DNA of 64,000 bases from Chara braunii (taxonomy: Eukaryota; Plantae; Charophyceae), in contig BFEA01000024.1 of NCBI GenBank assembly GCA_003427395.1, positions 1,695,361-1,759,360 of the forward strand, written 5' to 3'. Both the position numbers and the translations under genes were made by a program. The notes below the pieces were generated by a model. The model had not been told where the DNA came from. It was given only the letters and a program-made list of their open reading frames with translations, and searched no databases. Below, piece by piece: positions 1-13,760 of this stretch. Numbering within the stretch: position 1 is the first letter of the stretch; each line of letters begins with the position of its first letter.

Positions 1-3000
1 CGATCCACCCAGATTACCCACAACATCACTGCCCTGCAAACCTGGGCTACATAGCCCCACCCTCTGTTGCCAGACATACCTTCTGGCAGAATCCCCATCA
101 AAACCCAACGTTCCTCTGTCAGCTCCGACCTCCCAGACCACATCTTCCAATGTTTAAACCACCAGTCCCACCACCTTCTTGACTTTGGACAGACCCACCA
201 TAAATGGTGCATAGTCTCAAACAACCAATTACATCTGTCGCAAGCTTCTTTAACTGACATTCCCCTCTTCCTCAGCCATCTAGCAACAGGGACTGCTTGA
301 TGTGATTGCAGCCACAGCAGGGAGGCAAGCTTCTGTGAGGGCAGGTTAGGGACCTGTGACCACACACCCTGAAGTTCTTTCTCTTCTGGTGGGTCCAAAT
401 GTAGGCAGGTTTCCTCCCACTTATCCACCATGTACTGACAAATCCACCGGTTCGTGCTGTGCACCTTCACCCTTATAGCTTCATCATCCTTCTCCAATTC
501 CCAGAGTTCCTCATTCTCCACTTTCCACCCCCATGCCGATTTATCCAGGCGCAGATCTTCGATGGTTGTACCATTGTCTCTTACACTCCATCTCGGATTG
601 GCCCCCTGCTCCCCCTTTGACACCTGTACGACCCTTATGGGTCTAAGGATCGAGAGGCCATAAACCGTGGACTCCTTGATTCTCGTGAGCTCCGGGAGAC
701 CAGGAATTGTCCTTTTAAAAACTGCCAACTTTCACTTGCCTGGCACCGACTCATCCCACTGCTCCAGTCTAAAGACTGTACATTCTTGTCCAACCTGATC
801 AACGGCCTCCTCACAGAACCAGCTGCCGATACTCGGGATCCACTTACCATCCAGCATTTCAGTCCAACTTGGTGGGATGGCTTTTATCAACTTCCTCCTC
901 CTTTCCTGTTGGTTCCCTAACATACCCAACGATTCCTTCAACCTTTCCTCCGTCTTCCATTATCCCGTAGTCACATCCCACAGATCCCCTACCTTCGAAA
1001 CTCCCCTCTGAATCCACTTCATGCCAAAAGAGCCTGGTTTAGTGTGTGCACTGAATGACTCTCCATCTTCACCCCGAATCCAGTGATTCTCAAAGAGATG
1101 TTGTCTGAGGACCTCTGCTCTGTTGGTTGGTTGGGCTACCATGTTGGGATTGCATTTTTGCCATGCCTGTACAATATCCTTCCAGAATTTCGATTTCATC
1201 CTCTTGCACAGGAAGGTTTGTAACATTATGGTCACCCACACGTCCTCTGGACGAGACAGTCCCATTCCTCAAACAACAGCTCCTCAGCCAACACACACCA
1301 ATCAGCCCGCTGATCTGCCGTCGCCACCTTCAGAATCCACTTGGAGATCAGATATAGGTTATGAGAATCAGGGTCTAACAGCGCAAGGTCACCTTGATCT
1401 TTCGGGGCACACAGTGTGTCCCAGGCCACTTTTGCAATGTACCCTTGATCCTCTCCTGTCCCATGTTTCCAAATAAATCTTCTAGCAGAAGCTCTCACTC
1501 CTTTGATCAGTGGCTTAGACAACCTTCTGACCTTCACCACATACCAAAGGATAGAGAAGGCTGACACCGTGACCGCTAGGACTCTCCCGATCAGTGACAA
1601 GTGCGGGGCCGGGCCCCAACTTCGTATTCTCTTGGCCACTCTCTCCTGCAGGATGGACGTCTGAGAGTCTGTGCAATCACCTAATGCTAGCTGCACCCCC
1701 AAATATTTTTCCGCTTCTCCCTCCTGAACTCCGCGCATGCCCCATTCCACCTCAAGATTATAATCAGACGGCAGGAAGAAAATTGACTTGTTCCTGTTCA
1801 CTGCCGCTTCCGAGAGTTCCGCGTAGCGGTACAGACACCCTTTAAGCGCTTCTAAAGATACCTTCTCATTGGCTGACGGAGCTAGCAGATCGTCTACCAA
1901 CGCCTTGACCCTGCATTCCTTGCCTCTACGCAGCTTCAAACCCACCAACAAGGGGTGAGATCTTCTGTCATTAAGTAACACCTCCAACTGTACAACGAAC
2001 AGGAGTGGGGCCAAGGGACACCCCTTTCTCAGTGAGCGAGTCAGTTGGAACTCCTTGTTGTGTCAGCCATTAACTTGGACCGCTGTCGTGGATAAAACAT
2101 ACAAAGCTTTCACACCATTACGGAAACTGTTCCCGAAATTCATCCTCTTCAATGTCGTGAGCACAAAGGCACAGTTCACGCGGTCATAGGCCTTTTCCAT
2201 GTCAAGCATGAGTAGCGCCACCTCAGCAGCTGTGTTTCCAATGACTTCCAAGGCCTCAATAGTCGTGGCTAAATTATCGAAAATAGACCTGACTTTTACA
2301 AAGGCTCCTTGATCCAGCCCTACCAGACCTGGCAGATAGACTGCAAGTCTGTTAACCAATGTCTTAGCCAACAATTTATACGAAAAATTGAGAAGGGAAA
2401 TAGGTTGCCAGTTTCTGATTTCGTTGCGGTCCCCTTTCTCATAGAGCAGCGTTATAATACCTCGAGTCATGGTCGGATCCAATCTCCCCCCACTCAACAC
2501 TTCGTTGTACATCGCCGCTAGTTCTTCCACTAGCACCTCCCAAACCGCCTTGTAGAACTCCTTCGCCAGCCCGTCATCGCCGGGAGCCTTCCCATTGGCT
2601 ACTGTGGCCAAGGTGTGTGAGAGTTCAGCCACAAAAATCGGTTTTTCCAATGCTTTTTTTGCTTCAGGGCTCAAGGCAGCTTCCAAGGAATTCCACACTT
2701 CAGAGTGTTCCGATAAGTCTGTCTCTGGATCAACGAACCTTGAGCGGGGTGTTAGGATATCCTAAAAATAAGTCTGAGCATAATCGCATAGATCTGTGTT
2801 GGTCGTGGCGATAGGAAGCGAGGCAAGATGCGGGTGGGACAACTCCTTCATTTGGACCGACTTCCTCCTTGGGAGGAGTTTCTGAAATGTTTCCTTGCAC
2901 AGCCGATCCCCAGTGGTGATTTTCTTTTTCGACAGAATTTATTCCCACCGGCTTTGTTTCTCCTGCTGCACCAGTTCCCAACTTCGTAGTCTGTCTGCTC

Positions 3001-4030
3001 TCTCTTCCGCCCACGCCAACTCTGAGATCGGATGCTCTCCCATTCGTTCTTCCGCCTCTTCCACTTTTCTTCGGCAATCTACTCCATCCTTGTTTTTGCG
3101 GAATGCCGCTATCACTGAGAAAACTCCCATCTTGCTTGAGATGATTCTTAACCCCACATCCATCCAATCCGCTCTCGTAGTGAAGAAAGCCTTCGTTTCG
3201 CCCCACTCTTTCCAAAAGTCGCTTACCCAATTCACAACTCCCTCATCTTCTAGGATGGTCGCGTTCAGCCTGAAGCAACCAGGGCCTCTCTCACCCGCAA
3301 TCCCCACACTGACTGTCATCCAGACAGGCTTATGATCCGACATAGCCGCATTCGTTTCTCGAACCGAATGCACATTAGCTGTTGCTGCTTCCGACACAAA
3401 AAAAAAGTCCAACCGTCTCTTGACCCCGACCGACTGAGGTGTTTTTCCGAACCATGTGAAGCCATGCTGCAGCGGATTAATATCTCTATAAATGTCCTGC
3501 AGACCCCACTTCTCCCTCCATAGCAGCAACGTCCTCCTATCTCTCTGCATCCCTTCCACTTTTTCTGAGTCTAGCCCCGGAGTGCAAATCAGATTCCAAT
3601 CCCCGCCTATAATTAGATGTTCCGACTTTGGAATCTTCCTGGATAGCATTTCAATAAATTCAATTATGTCCAAGGGATCATTTGGCGCGTACACCGTAGC
3701 AAACACCCACTCCTCTCCTTCCATACCCACTTTTACCCAGCACCAACGCCCCCACAGGTCACAGTCCGCGTCCAGCTGGGTGCACTCCAGCCGACTGTGA
3801 ATCAGAATAGCAACCCCACCCCGGCTGCCTTGTGCAGGGGACCACAATTGCGGGCCCCTCCACTAGTCTTTTAATTGGCTCAACTTCTCTATTGACAACT
3901 TTGTTTCCTGCACAAAAGTCACATCCACATTTTTCCCATCAATCCATTCCTTCAACCTCCTTCCTTTCTGTTTTCCTCCCGAGTCACCCAGTCCCTAGAC
4001 GTTCCAGGTAGAAATTTCAATTTTTCCCAT
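1..4030 (-). pseudogene. LINE-A ORF2 (L1/Tx1-like): APE endonuclease, reverse transcriptase and C-terminal zf-RVT; disrupted; runs off the window start
   Basis: ATG at 4030 gives MGKIEISTWNV*GL. APE motifs FVQETKL, VYAPND, IIGGDWN, RRLDFFF, SDHKPV (2939-3847). RT motifs KAPGDDG, NWQPISLLNFSYKLLAK, LDMEKAYDRV, then GCPLAP, LVDDL, KYLGV (1232-2698). Cys/His motif CDRC..ETMHHLWWVCP near 190-245. Several stops and frameshifts. Confidence 0.93.
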
Positions 4031-6285
4031 TACTCTGCTGATGGGGGGCCTCTGCTTGGATGTGCCATGGGATCGTAAGATTCTCCGGCCATCTGCTGCT
4101 CAAGACTTCCGCAAAGTATGCTGACGTGAGGTTCCTTCTTTTCTGCAGCTGTGAGTTCAGTTGAAGCAACACTGTTGCTGTCAGCCCCGGATCCACCGCA
4201 ATGCTCTGCAGCTCGCCAATTGGAGCCGCTAATAGTAAACGAAGCGGAATACCCACCAGACCAACATTGCCTATATTATTCCAAACATTTGGCGGGAATT
4301 TTTGCATCCACAAGTGGAATCGAGTACCGAACCTTGCCTCCTTCCGGTAGATTCACTATCAAGCGAACATGAGTTTTTTCTGGAAAGAGCCGGAACTAGA
4401 ACCGTTCTGCAAAGAGCTGTCTCACTTTCATCATGACAAACTGCACCGATGGAATCTCCATGATAGGGCTCGTTGGCATGTACAGCTTCCCTTCTGCTGA
4501 TCTAAGACCAAGGACGAAGATCTCGTGACCTTGGAGGGTACATACCAAAGGAAGAATTAGGTGGTCCATCATCTGTTGATCATCACCTGTTCTGCTAAAA
4601 GCACCATCGTGTATGTCCTGCGGAGAATCCTCCACGTTCTCATCTCCTGCCATTCCCACATCCTCCACCAACTCTTGACTTCCTCCTCTCTCCTGAACTC
4701 CGCCTTCCATACCCCCCGTATAAGCCACTAGTTCCTTGCCTTCTGTTCTGGGAATTCCATCCCCCCGGGGGCTTCTTTCCTGCATAGAATGCCTCTCCAG
4801 TCTTTCTTCCAGCCATCTTTCCTCTCTTTCCCTAATTTGAACCAGTGCCAGGTCTCTCGTCTCCTCGAGTACATGACCCTGCAAAGGAGCCTGCATATCC
4901 TGTGGAGTAGCTCCGTGTTGTCCCATTAGGTCTATTGATAGGATGCCTGTTGCTGCCAAGATTGACGATTGCCATGCTTGTTCCCCCATTGTGTTCCAAA
5001 CTCCAGGGAATCTCTGCAACTCCGGATTTCCCAAGCCATAGCCTTGGTAATAAGCAGGAGGAGGATTCGATCTGTACGGAGTGAAGCCAGTTCCCACTGT
5101 TCTTCCGTGAAGTCCTGTAGACGTCGGTATGCCTCCCTGTATGGCCTGCGCCTGTGTTCCAGTGCTTGGGTGAGCATGAGCCCCCTGACCCTGCGTTTGC
5201 TGGGACTGAATCCTAATACCTTGAGATCTTCCGCTTAGGCCTTGACGTAGCGGTTGTTGACTTCTTGAAGCCGCACGAATAGAAGATTCCGCTACCGTTT
5301 GATGCAGAATTTCGACTGGAGGATCTTTCGCTGCTTCCCGAATCCCACCGATTGCTCCAGGTGCAAGTTGCTGCCTATTACGCTGCGAGAAGTTGTCAGT
5401 TGTATCCACTTCAGCTTCCTGGCCGTCTCGCGCTTGAACCAATTTGGGGCAACCATCCGTAGTTGTATGATTCCACCACTTGCACCTGTCACACCAGGGG
5501 GTGTGTTTGCAGACCAACTCCACATTAATATCCTCCCCATCATCCAAGCGCAGCGGCAGAATAGGAATAAACCCCCCCTCCGCTTCAGGAGCCAATTCAA
5601 ATTTCATATTCATCAGTTTGGGGCGTGACAGATCAGGCTGAGGCGGAATAGCATTAATTATCTTTCCCATGCATTGCTCGATTGCATCAACGGTTGGGAA
5701 CATCCCCCTCAGTGGCACTCGAAGTGCCATTACCCAGAACTTGGAGGCATCCTCCAACCTCCTTCTTTCATCCAACTCACGTCGCGTCATTCACGGTTTG
5801 AGTAACATCTTATATGCCGTCCCTCAAATGATGATCGTATCCTCTCCTTTATTAATCAGCCACTATGCGATCTCCCTTGTCATCGCTACATACGACATAA
5901 CATTAGGCCCTTCCGAGTGCACTCTTCCTCTCTTTATTGCCCGTCCAAAGGTGCAGGATCTAATCCAACCATTCTCATATGCACGTATTAAATCCTCTCT
6001 CACTTTCGCCGGCAGAGAGCGAGCCTCCCCTTGAAAAACCACGGTCACTGTCCGTTCTTTCAACCATCGGGTGGTAAGTTCCCCTACTTGCTTATCCACC
6101 ACAAAGATGCGGACTCCATTCTCGTACACAAATTTACCCTGCTTCAAACTTTCAGGGAAGATTCCTTCCTCATAGCATTTCGCTATCAGGAATTGCACCC
6201 GATCTTCCTCTGAGATTGGGATTTCCCCTTGTCCCGGAGGGGAGCGATCCTCTCTCTGCCCATCTCCCCCTCCACCCGACACCAT
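4017..6285 (-). pseudogene. LINE-A ORF1 (nucleic-acid-binding, CCHC-type knuckle), broken by stops
   Basis: ORF pieces 5863-6285, 4396-5790 and 4017-4313 lie directly upstream of ORF2, with the last overlapping its ATG. Contains CDRCKWWNHTTTDGC (CxxC..H..C). The 5' end is not resolved. Confidence 0.75.
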
Positions 6286-7117
6286 GGATATCTTGCCTCG
6301 TTAATTTGCCTGCGTGACAGTTGTACTCCGTGGACCCCTTCTATCTTCACCTTTATCACTTCTCGTTTATTGTTTCTTCCAAGTTGATTATGATGACGTG
6401 TACACAATATGACCCTCCTGGTCTATACACGAAGTTCTGCCACGCTCTTACGACGGCAGACGATTATTCAATACCCGAACTTTGGTCTTCCTCCTGTTAA
6501 GTTGAAACAACGTAACTTAGACTTGGTTACCCTCCTAACTTCGAAAGGGGTACGTCTTGCTCGTCTAAGTACTTGCGGCCCCCTGAAGGGGGGGGGGTAC
6601 CTCCTCTACCACGTACAACCTACGAAGCACTAGTTACTCTTCTCACAATATTAGCGCACGTCACCCCGACATCTCCGTTCATTTTCACAACGTCACATCT
6701 GAAGGGCGGACGCCAACCGGCGTACGCCTAAACCCGTAGCTCACGTAGTTCACGACGAAAGCAATACACCTGTCGACGGGCCGGCTTGCCCTCTCCAACC
6801 TCCCTCTCCAAAAGGCTGGATGCTCGGAAGTTACCGAGCGAGATGGCGAGGGAAAACTCCCGTGGTAGCTATCATGGCGGTAGAACCACGGTAAACCGGT
6901 TCGCCACTACAGCCGAAGACGCTAACTTAGAACGCTACCTGCGTCAACTGCCGCGCTCCCTGGGCCTAGAGGCTTCGGGTAGCGCTACCGACCACGCTGA
7001 TCCGGGCCTACTCGCTACCCCGAAAATAGCGCACCAAATTAGCGCAGCGATTAGCGCTACCGGAAGGCTCGCGGCCCCCATAACGACAAAAATCTGATTG
7101 CCGACGTCGCATTTTCC

Positions 7118-7188
7118 ACTGTCCGCTGTACAATTTTTCGCTCTGACAACTGGCCAAGAAATGTCCGAAAAATTGTACAGTGGACAGT
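7118..7188. repeat. 23-bp-arm inverted repeat (hairpin)
   Basis: ACTGTCCGCTGTACAATTTTTCG (7118-7140) pairs with CGAAAAATTGTACAGTGGACAGT (7166-7188), with one G.T pair. Confidence 0.9.
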
Positions 7189-8015
7189 AGTGGAGCGAGA
7201 CCTTTACTCTTTCCCTTACTAACCGTCAAACTGGATCCTCCCTCCCCCTTCCTTTTGTCTAACCACTCCTTCCCTCTTCTCTGTCTCTCGGCCCGGCTCA
7301 GGGCTCGCTTAGTTCTGTTTGCCTAGCACTTGCGTGTATGCTCCGTTCCTCTTCCGCTTCTCTGTATGATCCCGGGATGGTCTATTCCAGCCGATCTTCG
7401 TCCTCCTTCCTTGCTACTGTGCTTCTCCTTCCCTTCGCACCCTCCACTCAATCATCCTCTCCTAATGCTTTAACTGTGTAATCCGTGCCCGTGTGCGTGC
7501 CCAAGGTTCCTCTCCTCCTTCCTTTTCTCGTATGTCTTCGTCCCCTATCCGTCCGTCCTCTTCCGATTGCTTTATTATAAACAAAAACAGCGAAGGGTCA
7601 CTGAGGGTTGATGAGGGACTATGGGTGAAGGGAGGGAACGGTAGGGACCCGGTGGTAGAAAGGGATGGGGGGCATCTGTACTACAGTCTCCTTCAGAGGT
7701 CCCTTAATCCGTCTGCACACTTCTCCGCTCTCTTCTCTTCCCCTCTGTCGCCACTACTTCTTCCTTTACTCTTCGGCTCTTCCCCTCTGACGCCGCTCCT
7801 CAATCCCTTCGCGGGGAACTTTTGCTGTCCCCTCCTCCTTCTCTGAGTGATTCTGGTATGATTCTGGAGTGTTCCTCTTCAGTAGGTTTCCACTCCTCGT
7901 CTCTCCTGTCCCTCCTTCTATATGCAATGCTTTTTCCTTCCCTTCTCTCCTTCCACGCGAACATTTGTCATGTTTACTCCCCGCCTTCCTACTCTCCTCT
8001 CTCTTCCTGTCCTAT

Positions 8016-8320
8016 CCCTCTATTCTCTACCAGTTGCTTGTTGTGTTCAAATACAGCGAAGTATCACGAGCGAACTAAGAGGGAGTACTGAGTGAAGAGG
8101 TATGAAACGGGAAGGGTGAGGTAAGGAAAACACGGCGGGAGACGGGGATGGGGGAAAAACAGGGTTAGGGCCCTCTATTCTCTACCAGCTGCTTTTTGTG
8201 GTCAATACAGCGAAGTGTCACGAGCAAACTAAGCAGAGGAGTACTGAGTGAAGAGGGCACGAAACGGGAAGCCTTAGGGTGAGGTAAGGTAAAAGTATGG
8301 TGGGAGACGGGGATGGGGGG
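8016..8320. repeat. Diverged ~155-bp direct tandem duplication
   Basis: CCCTCTATTCTCTACCAG...TACAGCGAAGT..CACGAGC..ACTAAG..GAGTACTGAGTGAAGAGG..GAAACGGGAAG..GGGAGACGGGGATGGGGG occurs at ~8016 and ~8171. Confidence 0.85.
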
Positions 8321-8799
8321 ATTAGGGAAAGGCTCCGTACTTTTCCTTCAGCTCTCCTCCTCTCCAATACACTCTCCTTCAGCTCCCCTCCTCAAACCCG
8401 CGCGATCCTCTTCCCCTGTGTGATCCACCTCGTTCCTCGTCCTTCCCGCTCCTCCCTCGCCTCCGGTTGCTCCGTCCCAAGGGTTCGTTTCTACGAAATG
8501 AGAGAAAAAAGGGGAAAGAGAAAAATGAACAGGGTGAAAAGGGAGTGTGGAAGATTCGGGTTCCTTCATTTCCTCTGCCGACTCCTCTGTCCACTCTCCT
8601 TAGTCCTTTCCTTGCGTACCGCCCCTATTCCTCCCTTCTTAAATCCATGGGCGTTTTCCTTCATCCTCCTTCCCCCTCGTCTCACCCGTCCCTCCTTCCT
8701 TCTTCCCCTTGTCTCCCCTCTCGTTCCTTACCTTCGTTCTCGTTTGTCGATGGAACGTTCTTCCTTATGGATGTTTTCTCTCCTTACAACAAGACGGTG

Positions 8800-10116
8800 G
8801 TATCTCTACTTACCTGGAATGAAGCTTTACTCCCTCAGATCATACTTGTCATGTTGCGCTCTGCATCTTCGTGTATCCGGGTCATTATCAGGTTCAATCG
8901 CTCCCTCCACCATGCCCTTGTAGGACATGGGGCCCCGTGAGGGAGGACTCCCTGAATATGCTCCCCTCGTTGACGTTGTTGACGCCACCTTCCGGTCGTT
9001 GTGACGATTCCCCCGCTCTCCGGGCTCTTTGTCCTGCTGCAGGTCCTCACCTTAATCCGGTACCTCCGTTTCCACGTCGCCTTTGAGCCCTTCTTTTCTA
9101 TCGTCGATCGTAGCACCTGCCCTGCCCTCCCCTGTCCTCTCTTCCCCCCCTTTCTCATGGGCACAGCCCCCCCCGTCTCAGCTATGGACGAACTTCTGAG
9201 GTCATGGCTGTCCTCCAGCTGTCCTTCCCTCCACGTCAATACTTGCCCGGCCAGGTGCCCTACTTCCACCCCAAGTCGCGACGTTCACGGCTGCATAGCG
9301 CTACCCAGCGCACGCCCGGTACGCTGTTGTGCGAATCTATTATAATTATTGATATTGTTATTATTATTATGATGATTATTATCTATTAGGGATTATTATT
9401 ATTGAGGTCGTGAGCGTTAGCAGAAGAAGGATACGCAGGAGCAAAGGTAGATGCGCGCGAAGGAGAACGGTGGCAAGCGCGAGGTAGAACGAGCGACTGC
9501 AAGAGCCGAGCGCGAAGGGGAGAAACGAGAGCGCATAGGAGGGAAGATGGGAGCGTACGAGATGAAGAAGAGGAGGTATGAGGAAGAAAGAGAGGAGGGG
9601 AGAGGACAACTTACCTGACCTTGCAGAAGTTGCAGTAGAATGATGGCGACGCGGTGGTACCTGTCACAGACTATCAGCTTCAGCACCCCTCATCCCTTAG
9701 GCTTCGGGGAGAGCGGTTGCAGCATTGTCGTGGCGTTGTCTTTGTGCCCGCAGAGCGTTCCGTTTGTCTTGGGACTTGTCGCGACTTGGTAAGGAGGATC
9801 AGCGCTCTTTGCCATCTGAGTGGCGCCAGGGAGCGGTGACGCAGGCGGCCTCTGCATCCCTTGCTTACCATGTGCGAAGGTGAAGACTTGTGATGCATCC
9901 AACGATGGCGTCGTGAGGTTGGCCCCGTCATCTGCCCGATTTGTTGGAATGCACGCTTGTGCCTGTCGTATCTGGGCATGCTGCACATTGTGACAGATCG
10001 TGTTGCGTTGCGGCTTGTTACGTTGCGGTTTGGCTGCGTTTGGTTGGAGGCTATGGAAGTTTGTCGTTCTCTGTCTGTCGGGTTCGCCTGCATCGAGCTC
10101 TGTTGGCGGGCGACGG

Positions 10117-10170
<54 letters not shown>

Positions 10171-10272
10171 ATGTAAGTCTCCAATCCCGGGTCGGACTTC
10201 ATGGTACTATCATCGATAGGATGGGCAAAATCGAATGAATCTACCGCTAGAACATGGAAATGCACACTACTA

Positions 10273-10310
<38 letters not shown>

Positions 10311-10311
10311 N

Positions 10312-10361
<50 letters not shown>

Positions 10362-11024
10362 CACCCCTGTACCAATGGTGGTCATCGATGCAGGAGGATG
10401 GCCATCCCCGAAGACAGCGCACCTTCACTTTGACCGTATCCGACTGGGAAGGTAGCTTGTATATATTCATTTTATTTTAATATCGATATTATTATTATTA
10501 GTAGCAGTAGTAGTATTTTGAATAATGATAGGCAACGTAACGAGAGTTGGCAGGGAGAAGGCGAAGGTCAGAAGGAGAAAGAGATAGAGAGGCGGAATAG
10601 GCGGGTTAGGAAAGGGAGACAAAGTGCATACCTGCGAGCATGTCTTTCCCTCGGATTAAGCGTGCGCTGTCTCGAACGTAACGGATCAGGAAGGTAGCAT
10701 AACCAGTATTAACCACACTCGTGCCATTCACGACTTGGCAGTCTAATTCAAAGTTTTTGATCCCCCCGCTGGTGCTCGTCGCGATCGTGGCCATCATTAT
10801 CATCGTGCGCAACGTCATCTCCATCGTCGTGGCCGTTTCCATCAGCACAATCTTCGTCCCTTTCATTGTTGCTCATCCCGTTCGCTGTGTTCGTCCCGCT
10901 CGTGGTTGCTCGTCCCGACTGCTAACATCCTCCCGCTCGCATTTCTTGTTCCGTTCGCGGTTGTATCACCCGTTGACATAGAGCGTGTTGAGCAGCGTGT
11001 TAGGTAGTCTTACGTTAGTAGTAG

Positions 11025-11071
<47 letters not shown>

Positions 11072-12300
11072 CGTACCTGCTGCTCAACGGTCGACGTTGC
11101 CACTGTTGCGCGTTATCTTCCCCGAATAGAACCCCCCCCCGGCCCCCAAGTGGCTTAGCATTTTTTATTTATTTATTTTTTCCTTTTTTTCATTTTGTGA
11201 TTTAAATCTTTAGTATCTGGCTGCAATTACTGGCCAAATAGGTTTGAAAAAGAAGAAATGATGGAGGAGGCAGTAAGGAGGAGGAAGAAGACGCGCAGGA
11301 AGGAGGAGGTGAACCGTTGGAGGAGAAGAAACCGAGCGGCAATAAATAAAGGCACTTACCTCAAGCGGTCACATATCTTCATGCTCCTGCCTTGCGGTCA
11401 TCCCGGGTTTGTGCTGCACAATCATTGTGTGACGGGCCATTCTGCAGAGGGACAGTGCCCGGTAGGGCGACGAGAAAAGCAAAGAGAACTAGGAGAGGAG
11501 GAGAAGAAGATGACGAGGTAGGAGAAGAGAAAGAAGAGGGAAGGAGAGAGAAGGGAGGATGGTGACGAAAGGAATCGAGCACGTACCTGAGTAAAGAATA
11601 TCCATGCCATGAAACTTCGACTCATTCTACATCTCTCAAGTCATTTCCCAGAGTCAAACTGTAGTGGGAATTAGCAGGGTCTTCTTTTCCCGCCGATTCT
11701 CTTGAAAGAGTCTCATGGTTATGATTCTGCTGAATGATAAATGAGTGTAGCGGGCATCTCTTTACCATGTGTATGTGTGTGCGTGTGAGAGAAAGAGAGA
11801 GGGAGAGACATGACTCACCGCAGTAGGGGGAGGCACTGAGCACCAACCCCGAACACAACACGCCTTATGGAATCGGAAAGATGGCTTGTATCCGTTCATC
11901 ATGTACCGGATCGGAGTGATTAGCTTTCATGTATTCATTAAATACGATTACTATTTTCATCATTTATTTTATTATTTATTTATTTATTTATTTCGAGCCT
12001 CTAATCTAGGTAAGATCGTAACCGGATGCATCTCGTTTGGGCCATGATTACAAACAAATGCATACTGGTTGCAGCACCTTCGTACGAGGGACAGAACATG
12101 GGAAGCTGCGTCGTGAGTGTGGGGGATAGGGTGCTGAAGTGGAAGAAGAGACGAAGGAGACGGAGGGAGGAGACAACAAGGAAAGGACAAATGAACAATG
12201 AGGAAGAGGAAAACACGTACCTGATATGTACGGCAGTCTGCATGGATGACTTAGTCACGTACGTTGGTCTTCAGCTTGAAGCGACTCCTCTTGCATATCC
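8800..12300 (-). pseudogene. Probable relic of an intron-rich gene of unknown function
   Basis: Minus-strand donor-like sites (CAGGTAAGT ~8810 and ~9612, CAGGTATGC ~10628, CAGGTACGT ~11072, ~11582 and ~12217, GAGGTAAGT ~11356, CGGTGAGT ~11815) are separated by pyrimidine-rich or microsatellite intron-like tracts. Candidate exons carry stops. Confidence 0.4.
10118..10358. repeat. (GA)n, (GT)n and (GA)n microsatellites
   Basis: Directly visible. A further (GA)n run is at ~11028-11068. Confidence 0.95.
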
Positions 12301-12425
12301 TAGGGTAGGCTAGTTTAGGTACTTAGTAGGAGAGGCTAGGCGGTATATTAGAAGGGCGACATTGTATACTATGGGCCTCGTTAGACCCTCCTTGAACAAT
12401 CCTCAGGAATTAGGACGAAGTCCTT

Positions 12426-12500
12426 GATGTAGCTCAGTGGTTAGAGCACCGGTTGGAAATGGGCATTGTGGTATGAGGGTGTGGGCTCAAATCTGCAGCC
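12426..12500 (+). mobile_element. tRNA-derived SINE head or tRNA pseudogene
   Basis: A-box/D-arm TAGCTCAGTGGTTAGAGCA and B-box-like GGCTCAAATC. No good anticodon or acceptor stem. Confidence 0.55.
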
Positions 12501-12877
12501 TTGCGCATGGACACCGGCAGGGCGTTAGAATGACGCACGGCTGGACATACACTATCCTCTGACCACTACATGGTCATGATTACAGACCCTGCCTGTATTG
12601 GTCAGGGGATCAAGTCCCGGGTGTTGTATGCTGGTTCTGGGTTCCGCAGGGCTTGCATGGGGTGTTGGTCTTGGTCGTTCAATTCTCCTCCCCAGTCTGA
12701 TATACCACACACACGTGCTATTTCTGATTGTTGCTCATATGGTCGAGTCTTCCAGTTACATCTCACAGGCCCGTTATACATGGTATTCTCAACACACATA
12801 TAGTGCTGACATATGGCCTTCGGCCTCATATATGATTCATACTGCCTTCGGGTATACAACTGGCTTCTGGATATATA

Positions 12878-13502
12878 NNNNNNNNNNNNNNNNNNNNNNN
12901 NNNNNNNNNNNNNNNNNNNNNNNNNNNNNNNNNNNNNNNNNNNNNNNNNNNNNNNNNNNNNNNNNNNNNNNNNNNNNNNNNNNNNNNNNNNNNNNNNNNN
13001 NNNNNNNNNNNNNNNNNNNNNNNNNNNNNNNNNNNNNNNNNNNNNNNNNNNNNNNNNNNNNNNNNNNNNNNNNNNNNNNNNNNNNNNNNNNNNNNNNNNN
13101 NNNNNNNNNNNNNNNNNNNNNNNNNNNNNNNNNNNNNNNNNNNNNNNNNNNNNNNNNNNNNNNNNNNNNNNNNNNNNNNNNNNNNNNNNNNNNNNNNNNN
13201 NNNNNNNNNNNNNNNNNNNNNNNNNNNNNNNNNNNNNNNNNNNNNNNNNNNNNNNNNNNNNNNNNNNNNNNNNNNNNNNNNNNNNNNNNNNNNNNNNNNN
13301 NNNNNNNNNNNNNNNNNNNNNNNNNNNNNNNNNNNNNNNNNNNNNNNNNNNNNNNNNNNNNNNNNNNNNNNNNNNNNNNNNNNNNNNNNNNNNNNNNNNN
13401 NNNNNNNNNNNNNNNNNNNNNNNNNNNNNNNNNNNNNNNNNNNNNNNNNNNNNNNNNNNNNNNNNNNNNNNNNNNNNNNNNNNNNNNNNNNNNNNNNNNN
13501 NN
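12878..13502. other. Assembly gap (N run); other gaps at 40857-41006, 58543-58587 and 61413-61477
   Basis: Runs of n in the sequence. Confidence 1.
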
Positions 13503-13760
13503 AGTGGGTTACACTGAGGTAAGATAGTTGGGTTAGGGGGTACGCTGGGAGTATTGATGAGTGGTAGGGTGGGAGGTGACCTCGTATCTTAGGACTGTGA
13601 AGGCTCATCGCTCCCGGTGATCCCTGTGTGCCTGGTAATTAGCCTCTACAACATCCTGGACCTTGGAAAATTCGACGGGTTTTGGCGTTACACCGCGTCC
13701 TAATCGAATGGGTCCCAAAGAAAACGCGGAGGTCTCCCGTGGCGAATTTCATACGCATAT

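Noticed and set aside
8086-8272. Hammerhead-like CTGAGTGA...GAAAC in the 155-bp duplication
   Set aside because: The core has an extra base, and there is no stem II, NUH triplet or closing stem I.
12426-12500. Functional tRNA gene
   Set aside because: The acceptor and anticodon stems do not pair; only the internal promoter boxes remain.
12598-13608. Long ORFs spanning the N gap (also 40769-41096)
   Set aside because: They are open only because of Ns.
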